From: Strigamia acuminata
Taxonomy: Eukaryota
Direction: 5' to 3'
Assembly (NCBI GenBank): GCA_949358305.1
Contig: OX442314.1
Span: forward strand, 12,648,001 to 12,712,000
DNA: 64,000 nt
The notes under the pieces are model-generated. The model had not been told where the DNA came from and ran no database searches. It saw nothing but the letters and a program-made list of their open reading frames with translations. A program made the translations under genes and the position numbers. Each line of letters opens with the position of its first letter. Position 1 is the first letter of the stretch. Below, in pieces: positions 50,874 to 62,297 of the stretch.

Positions 50874-53484
50874 TCACAAAAAATTAAAGGGCCAAGGCAA
50901 GTTGAATGGCAGGCCACCCTGCGCTCGCTGCTGCTGGTTGGGGAAGACGATCTGTCCTTGCTCGTTAAGCCTGGGCATGGCGGCCTGTGCGTACAGCTGC
51001 TGCTGCCTCTGCACGGCCTCGAAAGGCGTTTGGGCCGGGTCGTGTCTCAGCTCCGACGTCCGCGCTTCCGGGTGCGTCTCCTGGTAGTCTTGCTTCGCTT
51101 TCTTGGCGCCCTCCTGCACCTCCAGCCGATGCAGTTCATCGTCGTTCGAGATTAGAGGACACCTGACAAGCGAGTTGAAATCAAGTTAATTAACTTTTGA
51201 GAGTCCTTAACTCACCTTCCGCTCCCGAAATGACTGTAGCCCCAGATGGTCTTGCGACACAGGTAGCAGAACTGTTGGCCGCACGTGCACGTCATCTTGT
51301 TGCAGCCATCTTCTTTGATGATGCGCCGCTTGCATTTGGGACACGTGCGCACCAAAGCGTCCGTCATATGGCTCTCGACGTACGTGCGGAACTGCACTTC
51401 GGATTTCTGCTCGTCGCAGCCCAGCGGGAGGTGGTTCGGCTGCTTGCACAATCTAAAATTTACAAACCAAATTTACATTTTCTTTTATTTGTTTCTTTTT
51501 ACGTCACCTGCACGTCACTTTGAGACATTCCGGGTTGAGGCAGCGAAAGATCTTGAGGTTCGCGTCCGGAATGATGGCGCAGAAGGAGCAGTGAGGACAC
51601 GACTCGAGATCCGGGATGTCTGCGCGCCGGATCTCCTCCTCCTGCATCTTGCGCACGACGGTGGAGAACATGTTGGGCGGCAACACATCCTGCAGCACGA
51701 TGGGCGGGAAGGCGCTCTCGCAGTACGGGTCGATGCACGGGAACTCGTACTTGCCCAGGCCGATGTGCATCTCTGCCTGACGCCGTACGCACGTCCTGCA
51801 GAACAGGTGCCCGTCCGTGCACTGCAGCATGTCCTCCATGAGCACTTCGTCCTCGAAGCAGCAACTGCACTCCATCAGTTCGTCGTTTGCCTTCGCCGCT
51901 TCGATTTTAGTCATCCGCTGCTCTTCCTTGTCTTTTTTGTATTCTAGAAATTGAATCAGGTAATTACACGACATGATTTATAATTTTAAATTACGTTTGA
52001 TTTTGTCTTCCATTTCGATGAACAACTTTTCTTTGTAGAAGAGTTCGTCGATTGTTTTCGGCATGGGTACGCGTTGAGTCGGAAACTTCTTTGTCCTCAC
52101 GGTCTTTTTTGTCTTCTTGTCTAGCGGTTCTGCATTCCTCAAATTAATCGATTACCGTAAGTTTATTACTTATTGATTGATTAATTGATTAAATCACCGT
52201 CTGTTGGGGAGACGTTCCAGATGGCATTCAACTCCTTCACGACCGGCGTGAGGTGGAAACGGTGTTTACGCATCACTTTCAACAAATCGGCGTGGAACGC
52301 GTATTTAAATCGGTTTTGGAGGTAGCGATCGACGTGGTGTCTGTACGATACACTCGTGGGTCTGTCTTCGTTGTTGAAAAAGTTCTCCGCGTCTGGGAAC
52401 ATCTCTAAGAGCTCCTCGACGCAGAAATCGCTGCAAAACGGACGGCAAAATCATTGAGAAAAATTAATAAAAATCTTCTCTTGTATCATAAAAATATTTC
52501 GAATATGTAAAACAACAAGAAAACCTTTCCACAATTTTCCGTTTTGTCGCCGCTCGTCGAACTTCCGCCAACTTCGGATAATTCCGGTTGTCCATCCACC
52601 CGTAGACCGTCGAGTTGATGTAATTCACATCGTCCGCCCATTTCTTGACGAAATTCCGCAGGTATTCGGGATCCGCGTCCGGGAAAAGCTCTAAAATCGA
52701 TCTGACTTTCTCCATCGCCATCGATTCGGCCGAAGTCGACGCCCCATCATTCCCGGCGCTCCGAACGTCATTCGTTGCAGGAAACGGCGCCGGCCCGTTC
52801 ATTCCGAGCAACTCGCCGATCACGATGCGTACTCGGTCCGGATTCGCGTGGAACGCTTCCAAATACGCGAGGATCTCCTCTCGGCTCTTGTTCCGAACGA
52901 CTTTGCTAACCACCTCTACATCGTTCAGCAATTCGTCGTATTTGTCCGCTTTCTGTTCTCCCGGGATGCTCAGCGGTGCTTCTTCGGGCTCCTTTTCCCA
53001 TTTGGCGATCAACCGATTGATCACGATGTTCGTCCTGTTGGCATTTGCGCTCACTGGTTCAAGCAACGCGTAAACCTCGTTCGGATCTACAACGAAATCC
53101 GAATAGAGTTCGCGAAGCTTGTTAACGATCAAAGCTACTTCCTATATTTAAATTAAATCCCTTTTAATTATTTTATTTGATAGTTTGGATTAATTTACGA
53201 TCAAATACTTCTGTGATGTCGATTTCAGCTTCTGGCGCTGGCGCGGGCGCAACGGCGATCGTGCCGGGAATGTTCGGACGATCCGCAATGTCGTCGCCGT
53301 CGCCGTTTTCTTCAACTGCGTAGTGTGGCGCGGGCGGAACTGCGATCATCCCGGGAATGTACGGAATGTCGTCGTCATTGTCGTCGTCGTCTGTGATGTC
53401 GTTTTCAGCTTCTGACACAGGCGCAACGGCGATCGTGCCGGCAGTGTTCGGACGATCCTCATTGTCGTCGCCGTCGTTATTCAT
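50874..53484 (-). CDS. RNF216: RNF216/TRIAD3-like RBR E3 ligase, copy A (7 coding exons)
   Basis: Exons 53484-53209, 53141-52525, 52430-52198, 52129-51995, 51943-51508, 51452-51216, 51162-50874, all GT-AG. CUE-like LFPDADPEY; RING1 ECSCCF...GHLFCRTC; IBR CPHCSF...FRCLNPEC; RING2 KEDGCNKMTCTCGQQFCYLCR. The start is uncertain. Confidence 0.85.
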
Positions 53485-54038
53485 CGTCGTTGCTGTGGCG
53501 GGATTTTAAGAATTCATCTTTTTTCATCGATTTTCATGATTAAATTAAGAAATCGAGCCAGTTATTTATTGATATTCATAACAGCTCAACTCTGTGAAAA
53601 GAAACGGAAAAAGAACCCGAAAGGCTCTTAGTCCTTTTCGTCGACATTCGAAAATAAGAGCCGAAGCTAGCACGGCTCGATGAGATGAATTTGAAATTGC
53701 GCTCGCTGAACTCGCGCTGCTGTGTTTGATTTGTGTTTGTTTGTTGGTACAAAGTTGAATTTCGTCGGCAGATGGACTGCTAGACGGAGATCGATCGGTC
53801 GCAACCATTCGATATGCGCCTCCGTATTTCTAGTTGAAGATAAAAACCAAAAGGCTTTCTCGAACTGAAACACAGAGCCACCAAGTAAACAAATCCATTT
53901 TAAAACACCAATTTTGTAGTCAATTTTTTTTTCATATGTTTACATCGTTTATTTGCAATATTGCTAAACTGTTTATTTTCCTGGTGGTGCCCAGTAAAAA
54001 ATAAATTGCAAAAATGTTTGAAAATGATTCTAATCACT

Positions 54039-54200
54039 TAGGTGCATTCAAAAACTCTAAAACGTATGCAAAACTCGTTTTGTGTTTGTACGTGACGTCA
54101 TTCCCATTGAATAACATGTTATTCAATGGGAATGGGAATGACGTCCCGTACTAATACGAAACGAGTTTTGCATACGTTTTAGAGTTTTTGAATGCACCTA
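54039..54200. mobile_element. ~160-bp near-perfect foldback MITE
   Basis: TAGGTGCATTCAAAAACTCTAAAACGTATGCAAAACTCGTTT...AAACGAGTTTTGCATACGTTTTAGAGTTTTTGAATGCACCTA. The ends resemble those of the 21828 element. Confidence 0.8.
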
Positions 54201-54784
54201 CAGTGACTATTTCTTTTTTATGTTGAAATTTAACCAATTTGTTGTTTGCAGAAGGTGCGTGACAAAATTAATTGAGATTGAATGTGAAATTAGTGGGTAA
54301 ACACTGGAAATTTCATGAATTATTCTTTACTTTTAATTTTTTGATCTTATTTTTTTGCTTGATCCTACACATCGGCTCAACAACCCGCATTTTTTTTATT
54401 CCTTGTGCGATGCAGTGTAGTATCAAGGGGACGTTTATCAATTTTAAATTCAATATAAGGCGGCTTTTGCCCATCATTTTTTGATCACAAATCCTTTCAA
54501 CCAAGTCGGAAATTTTCCCAGCCGAAAGGAATACTGGTTGAAAATTTTCCTGATCAATAATCCTGTTGTAGTCAAAAATATTCCTGGTCGGAAAAAATCG
54601 GAAAAAATCGGAAAAAATCGAATAGAAATCAGGTTGAAAGGAGTCTGGTTTCTCCAAAAGTAAAAAATATTTGTCTTCTTCTTCCTCTCCTTCTAGAGGA
54701 ACAGAATCGAATGAAAATTTAATGATCATAAAAGAAAACGTTGAATTTCAGTCATCTCAATTCTTTAAACTATTTTATCAAATT

Positions 54785-54935
54785 TCAGTCTCTTCGCCTT
54801 CTTTTTTGTACGCGGGTCGATACTGGTTTTGGACGTAGCATTGAACGTGCAACTTGTACGACTAAGTCTTGGTTTTGGAAATAGATCTCTGAATGTGGGA
54901 ACATCTCCAAGAACTCATTGACGCTGAATCGCTGA
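54785..54935 (-). pseudogene. Third RNF216-like fragment (exon-3 homolog)
   Basis: RFSVNEFLEMFPHSEIYFQNQD versus KFSVEEFLEMFPDSENYFKNND in copy B, preceded by a CAG acceptor. Confidence 0.6.
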
Positions 54936-56198
54936 AAATATATTTCATTTTCGACGAATGAAACAAGTTGGAGAAAAAAGTTGACTGGCGGCTTGAGCAA
55001 GATCTTGTTTGCAGGATGTGCCAGCCGTAGTTGCGACAAGATTTATATAAGTTAGAAAGAAAGGTGATTATATTTAATTGCCCCGTATGAATGAAGTTTA
55101 ATTGTTTGTATTCAATTGATTTCTTGAGAGACAATAAATTTTAACATTTTTATTAATTAAAATAATTTGATTGCTGAATGACAATGAGAAAAATGCAATC
55201 AAACTATATTTGACACGAGACAAGAAGGCAAGGTTATTTTTAATATGCGAGTAAATTCTAATTCATGATAAATTGAATTTTTCAATTTATTTGTCTCTTC
55301 TCTTAAGCCCAATATTATTGACATTAAAAAAAAATTTCTAGCATCCAAACCGGGTCAATTTTTTTCTTATTAAAATTGGTTTTTATTACAGAAAATTGAA
55401 TTTTTTTAAAATTAAAACTTAGTTGCCTAAAAGTGAGTTTTTTTTTGCCTAAAAGTGAGTTTTTTTGGCCTTAAATTAAGTTATAAGGGCTCAAAATTTA
55501 GTGAGTCATTTGGCCAAAATGTTTCGTTGTTTTTGGCTGAAGTTGAGTTTTTTGGCCTAAATGTTTTTAATTTTGCTTAAATTTAAATTTTTCTGGCCTA
55601 CAATTTTTTATTTTTGCTTCAGTTTGTAATTTATTTCGAATGTAATATTCTGTCCTGTATAAAAACGATTCAAAATAAATACAGCAGTATGTTTAATAAC
55701 CCTGAGGTCAGATGATAAGACGATCGTAACAAAGGTTGTTAAATATGTTTAAACTCGGGAGATCCAAAATGTTGTGCTCGAATAAAAATGAGTCGATTCT
55801 CAAAATCCGTGAAATCGTTCCACGAATAATAATAATGAAAATAATAACAATAATTTTGCAACTAATATAATAATAAAGGATGATAACGATATTTTGTTTT
55901 GTTTAAACAAAAGAAATAGAACAACGGTCATCTCACAACTTTTGGCTTCGATTTCCAAATCTAGGCCTGAAAGCCTATTCCGGGTTCTTCTTGCCACAAA
56001 TGTTTTTTTGCCTTTTTTGACTTTTTGACCTCCCTCTTTTATTTGACAACTCGAAATTGATCGCATCAAATTTCCAGGTGAACGTACGATTAATTCGGGC
56101 AAAACCCGTTCTAACTTTCCGTATCTTTTGACAGAGTGGAACAGTTATGGATATCAACAGAAAAGCACACTGATTTCTTAATTTAAGAATGAAAAACG

Positions 56199-59173
56199 AT
56201 GAAAAAAGTTACATTTTTTAAATCCCGCCACAGCAGCGACGATGACAGTGACGATAACAGTGACGACGAAGATGAAGACAGCGACGAAGACGACGAAGAC
56301 GACATTCCGTACATGCCCGGCATGATCGCCGTTGGGTCCGCGCCACAGCATGCAGTTGAAGACAACGACTACGACGACGACAACATTGCTAATCGTTCGT
56401 ACATTCCCGGGATGATCGCCGTTGCGCCCGCGCCACAGCACGGAGTTGAAGACAACGACATCACAGAAGTATTTCGTCGTAAATTAATCCAAACTATCAA
56501 TCAAAATAATTAAAATGAATACAATTTGTGTGTAGGAAGTGACTAATATCATTAACGGGCTTCGAGTGCTCCACCCGGATTTCTTGGTGGATCGGAACGA
56601 AGTTTACGCGATGGTTGAAACTTTGAGTGCGAATCCCAACAGAAGAAACATCGTAATCGATCGTTTGATCGCCGATCGGTTAAAGCAACCCGAACAAGCG
56701 CCGTTGCACATCCCGGAAGAAAACCAACCAAACACATTGAACGAATTGATCAACGATGTGGAGGTGGTGAGCAGATTCGTCCCGAACAAGAGCCGGGAGG
56801 AAATCCTCGCGTATCTGGAGGCGCATCACGGGGATGCAAACCGGGTGCGCTTAGTCATCAGCGAGTTGCTCGATATGCAGGGGATGGCGCCGTTTCCAGT
56901 GACGAACACAGCCCCGAATGCCGGGAATAACGGGCCGGAAGCAATCGAAGAGAACAACAATGTGTCGGCGACGATGGAAAATGTCAACTCGATTTTGGAG
57001 CTCTTTCCGGACGCTGATCCCGAATACCTGCGCACTTTTGTGGAGAGATGGAAGAACGATGTGAGTTACATAAACGCAACGGTTAACGGGTGGTTGGAAA
57101 GTCGTTCGTATCCCAGGTTGGCCGAAGCTCAAAAGGCGGCGGTCAAGCGGAAATTTGTCGAAAGGTTTTCTACTTATTTTGTCTATTTTATTTCGCTTTT
57201 ATGGTGTTTCTATGAACAAAGCGCTTTTAATTTCGTTTTTATATGATTTGTCGTTGTTTGTATTGATTTTTGTCATCATTTCCACTGAATTTCTTTTGCA
57301 GCAAGTTCAGCGTTGAGGAATTCCTGGAGATGTTCCCTGACTCGGAGAACTACTTCAAAAACAACGACCGAGTCGTGAGTGCATCGTACCGGTTGCACGT
57401 TGAATGCTACGTCAGTAACCAGTTCCGATACGCGTACAAAAACGATTTGACGCAAGTGATGGAGAAACACCGTTTCCACCTCACGCCCATCATGAAAGAG
57501 ATGAATGCGCTCTGGAACGTTTCCCCCGCTGACGGTGAATTCATCAAACGAAAATAACAAATTGTGACTGTGGGGTGGGACGCATGCTCACGTAAATAAA
57601 GACAAGAGACTCCAGATTGTTGGGTTTGGTGACCTTTAATCCGCTGTCTAGTGGTTGGAAATCTCCCGTCAAACTTCCCAATATTTTGGTCATAAATTAC
57701 TTTTAATGATGAGGTTATTGTTGTTTTATTTACTTTATTTTAGCATTATTAGGTCTAATATTAGGCTTAATGCTACTAAATAACAACTGGAATAAAAAAA
57801 TCGCCTGCGCAGAATGGGATGCGCAGTAGGAATTTAGCATCAAGATACCAAGCTTACCTCGGGGCCATTGGGCAGTGTGTGTCAGTGATGCTGCGTAACC
57901 CTTGGGTGGCCAAACGGTCACAAAATAATCAACTTACTTGATTCATTCGATTAATTACAGAACCATTAATAAAGAAAAGGAGGGAGAACTTGAGGAAAAA
58001 GAAGGTGAAGAGCCCCCTGAAAGTGATGCCGCAACAAATCGACGAACTCTTCTACAAAGAGAAGTTGTTCATCGAGATGGAAGACAGGATCATTCGTACA
58101 GTTTAAAAAGCAAAAATCGTGTCGTGCAGTTACGAGTCATTCCTTTTCTAGAATACAAAAAGGACAAGGAGGCGGAACGTCTGAGTAAAATCGAAGTGGC
58201 GAAGGCAAACGACGAACTGATGGAGTGCAGTTGCTGCTTCGAGGACGAAGTGCTCATGGAGGACATGCTGCAGTGCACGGACGGGCACTTGTTCTGCAGA
58301 TCGTGCATCCGGCGCCACGCCGAGGTGCACGTCGGCCAGGGCAATTACCACTTCCCGTGCCTCGACCCGTACTGCGAACGCGAGTTCCCGCCCTTCGTCC
58401 TGCAGAGTGTTTTACCACCCAATGTGTTTTCAAACATCATGCGCAAGATGCAGGAGGAGGAGATCCGCCGTGCCGACATCCCGGATCTCGAGTCGTGTCC
58501 TCACTGCTCGTTCTGCGCCATCATTCCGGACGCGGACCTCAAGATCTTTCGCTGCCTGAACCCGGAATGTCTCAAAGTAACATGCAGGTAAAGAAAGACA
58601 AAAAAAGGAATCAATATAATGCTAATTTGGTTTGTAAATGAAGATCGTGCAAGGAACCGAACCACCTCCCGCTGCGCTGCGACGAGATCGAGCAGAAACC
58701 GGAAGTGCAGTTCCGCACGTACGTCGAGGATCAGATGACGGACGCGTTGGTGCGCACGTGTCCCAAATGCAAGCGGCGCATCAAGATGACGTGCACGTGC
58801 GGCCAGATCTTCTGCTACGTGTGTCGCGAGGCCATCAAGGACTACACGCATTTCGACAACGGAAGGTGAGTTAATGATTGAAGTGGAATGCAAATTAATA
58901 AATTAATCCAACTTCAGGTGTCCTAAATTCTCGAACGACGCCGAAATGCATCGGTTGGAGGTAGAGCAGGGCGCCAAGAAGGCGAAGCAAGAGTACATCG
59001 AGACGCATCCGAAAGCGCAGGCGGTCGAGCTGCGCCACGACCCGACCAAAATGCCGTTTGCGGCCGCGCAGAAGTCCCAGCAGCAGTACGCGCAAGGCTT
59101 CATGCCCATGGTCAACAAGCGTGGTCAAATCGCCTTCCAGCGACTCATGCAGCAGCAGCATTTACATGATTAG
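56199..59173 (+). CDS. RNF216: RNF216-like RBR copy B, lacking the RING2 catalytic cysteine
   Basis: Exons 56199-56468, 56536-57164, 57302-57534, 57961-58095, 58152-58587, 58644-58865, 58918-59173, with the same intron positions as copy A. RING2 reads CPKCKRRIKMTCTC. Confidence 0.82.
57563..57922. mobile_element. Solo LTR (360 bp) in intron 3 of RBR copy B
   Basis: TGTGAC...GTCACA termini, 4-bp target duplication AAAT, absent from the paralogous intron of copy A. Confidence 0.85.
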
Positions 59174-59565
59174 CACTTCATATCTTATCAATTGAATTTG
59201 ATTTCTGCAGAAGAAGAAGAAGAAGACTTTCAGAGCGAAATTTCGTTCGATGCGTGGAACTCGTGCATCGATTCAACAGCGTCCGAGTGCGAATTTAGCG
59301 ACGAGCAAAGTTGCTGTCGCTCGGTCGAGAATGTGTCGCCTCGATCGTGTCGCGTCGACGACTCCGACCCCGATTCCGAGTACAGCGACGCTAACTCGGA
59401 CGTCTTCTACTCCGACAACGACTTTGTTCTCGAATAAAATCAAATAAAGTCAAATGTAAAACGATAAATGGATGGACTGCTTTATTTACTAGACCTTTAC
59501 TAACAAAACAACCTGCAACTAAAGAGAAGAAATCGAGCATCTTCACATTACATCATTAGACATGT

Positions 59566-61152
59566 TGTGATGATTACAAATCAATAGTTGTCAATGTTCA
59601 CCATAGATGGCGCTGTTTAACCAACGCGCGTATTTCAAACTCGGTTAAAAACTAAAAAGTGTGATAAATAATTATTTAGACACGGTGAATAAAATATAAC
59701 TATTTTATTCGATATAAATTAAGTATTAATTACTTGATGATGTTGATTCTATCGAATCAATGTCCACTTTACTTACCTGTCGAAGGGAACCAATCGGACC
59801 CTTCCGGACCCCAACTGGGCCCATCTGGACATAGTCACATATTAGGTCCGGACTAGTGACCCACGAATCCGCCGATTCGTACGCTGATTGGCTGTCGCCA
59901 ATCTAGTAGTTCTACAGAACTATATAAGCATCAGTTTTCCACTTCCCCAAGGCTTGGCTTGATAACTGTAAATGTCTGTAATTGAATTGTTGTTATCGTT
60001 TGATTTCACTTTCTTATCGACACATCAGGCCTCCTCAGCTCTCAATGGATATGTAGACTTACTATCTCGTTATTGCTTGTTGTAAGGCCCATCTGGGAAG
60101 GCTAACCTTGTAGACATGTTAACAACATGAAATGGCCCCGTAGTGTTAGCCAGCTGTTCTAAGGGACAGTAGGATTTCATACGGTGGCATAGTGTAGTGC
60201 TCATGCACGGGATTGACTAACCCGTTAAATAAATGTCAAACTATATGATCGGTGATAGTCGCATCTATCTGAGCGATTCCTCGGACGAGGGTCAGACGCT
60301 CTGCCAAGGGCATGTGTGCGGGAGGTCCCACCCGAGCACGAAACAAACACGGACAAATGCTATTCCAGGGCGAATTGCGTATCATAGGTCCTTCCGTACT
60401 TTAGTGGTCGGTGAATGGCATATTTAAAGGCACACTACGCCGGGTTGGTAGCCCGTGAGAATTGTCCGTGAAGACATTTCGTTAAACAATTACTCAGGTA
60501 TTGGTAATCCTGGAATTGGTAAATCCATAGGAATGTTCACCCGGTGGTTGGTACCACCGATAGCGATGTAAAGCGTACAAACAAATACTCGGCGCCTGAT
60601 CACGAGATCTTGTCGTCGTAAGGCGTGCTGGCGGATGGAGTCTCAACAACTCCCGCGACGTTCTCTCAATTGTCGTGACGGTCCCCGCCCAATCATTATT
60701 TATATAACAATTCATTTGTTATATTACTTTAATCACTTTACTTTTATTCATTTGGAACATGGAATATTCTGCCGAATATTCCGATTAATGCGAAGGACTC
60801 TTCGCATATTTAGATATTCGAGCTGCGGACCAAATACGTCTCCGTAGCGATATTTGTGACGATGCCGCAAGTCAGCCGTATCCCTCTGGCTTCGCCCGGA
60901 TCCTCAACCAGTTGATGCCGCCCGTTTACACGCGTCAAGAACCCATTTACTGTTATCATTAATATTTAGTAATAAATATGTTAAGTCACACTAAAACTGT
61001 AAGTTATTTCTATTCGATCACATATTCATGTTTGTAAGGGCTTCCGTAGCTTATCTCGGTTAGGTTGTTGCTAAACTTAGCAACGTCTTGTATAAACCGA
61101 ATTATCTATCTTAAAAGGACTAATAAATTGGCCCAAAAGTAGAATCGTCACA
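59566..61152 (+). mobile_element. Putative 5' LTR of a Ty3/Gypsy retrotransposon (left boundary uncertain)
   Basis: Ends AATCGTCACA two bases before a primer binding site. Candidate starts are TGTGATGATT (59566) or TGTGACGATG (60855). CCAAT and TATATAA at 59887-59927, AATAAA at 61122. Confidence 0.65.
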
Positions 61153-61154
61153 AG

Positions 61155-61172
61155 TGGAGGTTCTACCGAGAT
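61155..61172 (+). promoter_or_regulatory. Primer binding site complementary to the tRNA-Gln 3' end
   Basis: TGGAGGTTCTACCGAGAT is the reverse complement of ATCTCGGTAGAACCTCCA, which matches metazoan tRNA-Gln 3' ends as I recall them. Confidence 0.85.
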
Positions 61173-62297
61173 AGGCTGCCTAAATTTAAAATAAATTTTG
61201 AAGTTTTTCGTGTGTTTATGAGAATTCGGAAATGTGCTTACAGTGATAAAATTTCAAATGAAATTTTTTGGATGTGTAAAATCAGTTTCGAACGAAATTT
61301 ATATTTGCGTTTAATATATTTTATTCTGTTTTAGAACTTCTCGCAAGAAAATAAGTGTAATCCACTTTATTCCGATTTTCCGTCGTGGAAATTATGTGTT
61401 TTAACAAAACTAATAATTTCTACCACGTGGTCAGGCCTAAAGGCCCAACCCTGAGAATGAGAGTCTTGCCCGAACTTGTTGAAGTTGGTTCCGCCCGGGT
61501 AACGTCATTTTGCCGTCGACAATCTGACAAAACCACGCGGTCGGGCCTAATTTTGAAAAGTTGACTTGTTGACGGAATTCTTAAAGAATTCTATCAATTT
61601 AATAGTTGTTTTAATCTCAGAATATTCTTTTATATGTATTTTGCTTGAGACTTCAAGTTAAACCTAAATTTATTTGCCTAAATAAAATAGAAAGAAAATT
61701 AACGCTTTTCGAAGGGATTAAAATTTATATTTTATTTCAAAGTGGGTTTACCTTATTTTACAGACTTGATCTACATTAAAATGTTGGTTAAAAATCGTGA
61801 TCTCAAGCCATTGAAATCGAATTATACGAATGGAATACCATTCGAATTTTAGCGAAGAAGAATTCTTACTGTTGTGTTGCCTAGCAACCCGTGTTGTGCA
61901 GAAAAGCCATCGATTCAAACGAATCGGCGCGTCTTTTGAAATTACGAGTTTTAAAACTTTAAAAAATTTCCACAAAGGTGATCATTCATTTATTAATAAA
62001 TGCGGTGATATTTTAAAATATTTTGAAAAGTATCCATTTTGTTTGGTGACTACGTCATAACACTGGAATCTGTCAAGATTACGGTTCCACGAACTTGATG
62101 ATTTCCACCAATCTCGGACGAGATTGGACTCTCGCGAGACTAGCGTTGATACTTGACCAATCAGAGAGGTGTATCGAAGTACCCATACTTCCTTTCGAAC
62201 TAGTGTGACCACTGCTTCGTTTGCGATCCTCCTGAACGTTTGCAACTTCATCGTTATCTCTCAGACTTAGGAAATTTTCTTAGTTTTAAGTTTAGTT

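Noticed and set aside
60207..60345. Hammerhead ribozyme or group I intron core (CTGAGCGA...GAAAC; GACTA...TAGTC)
   Set aside because: CUGANGA is not exact and lies within a stem, and the P7-like pair lacks recognisable P3-P6 context and J8/7 consensus.
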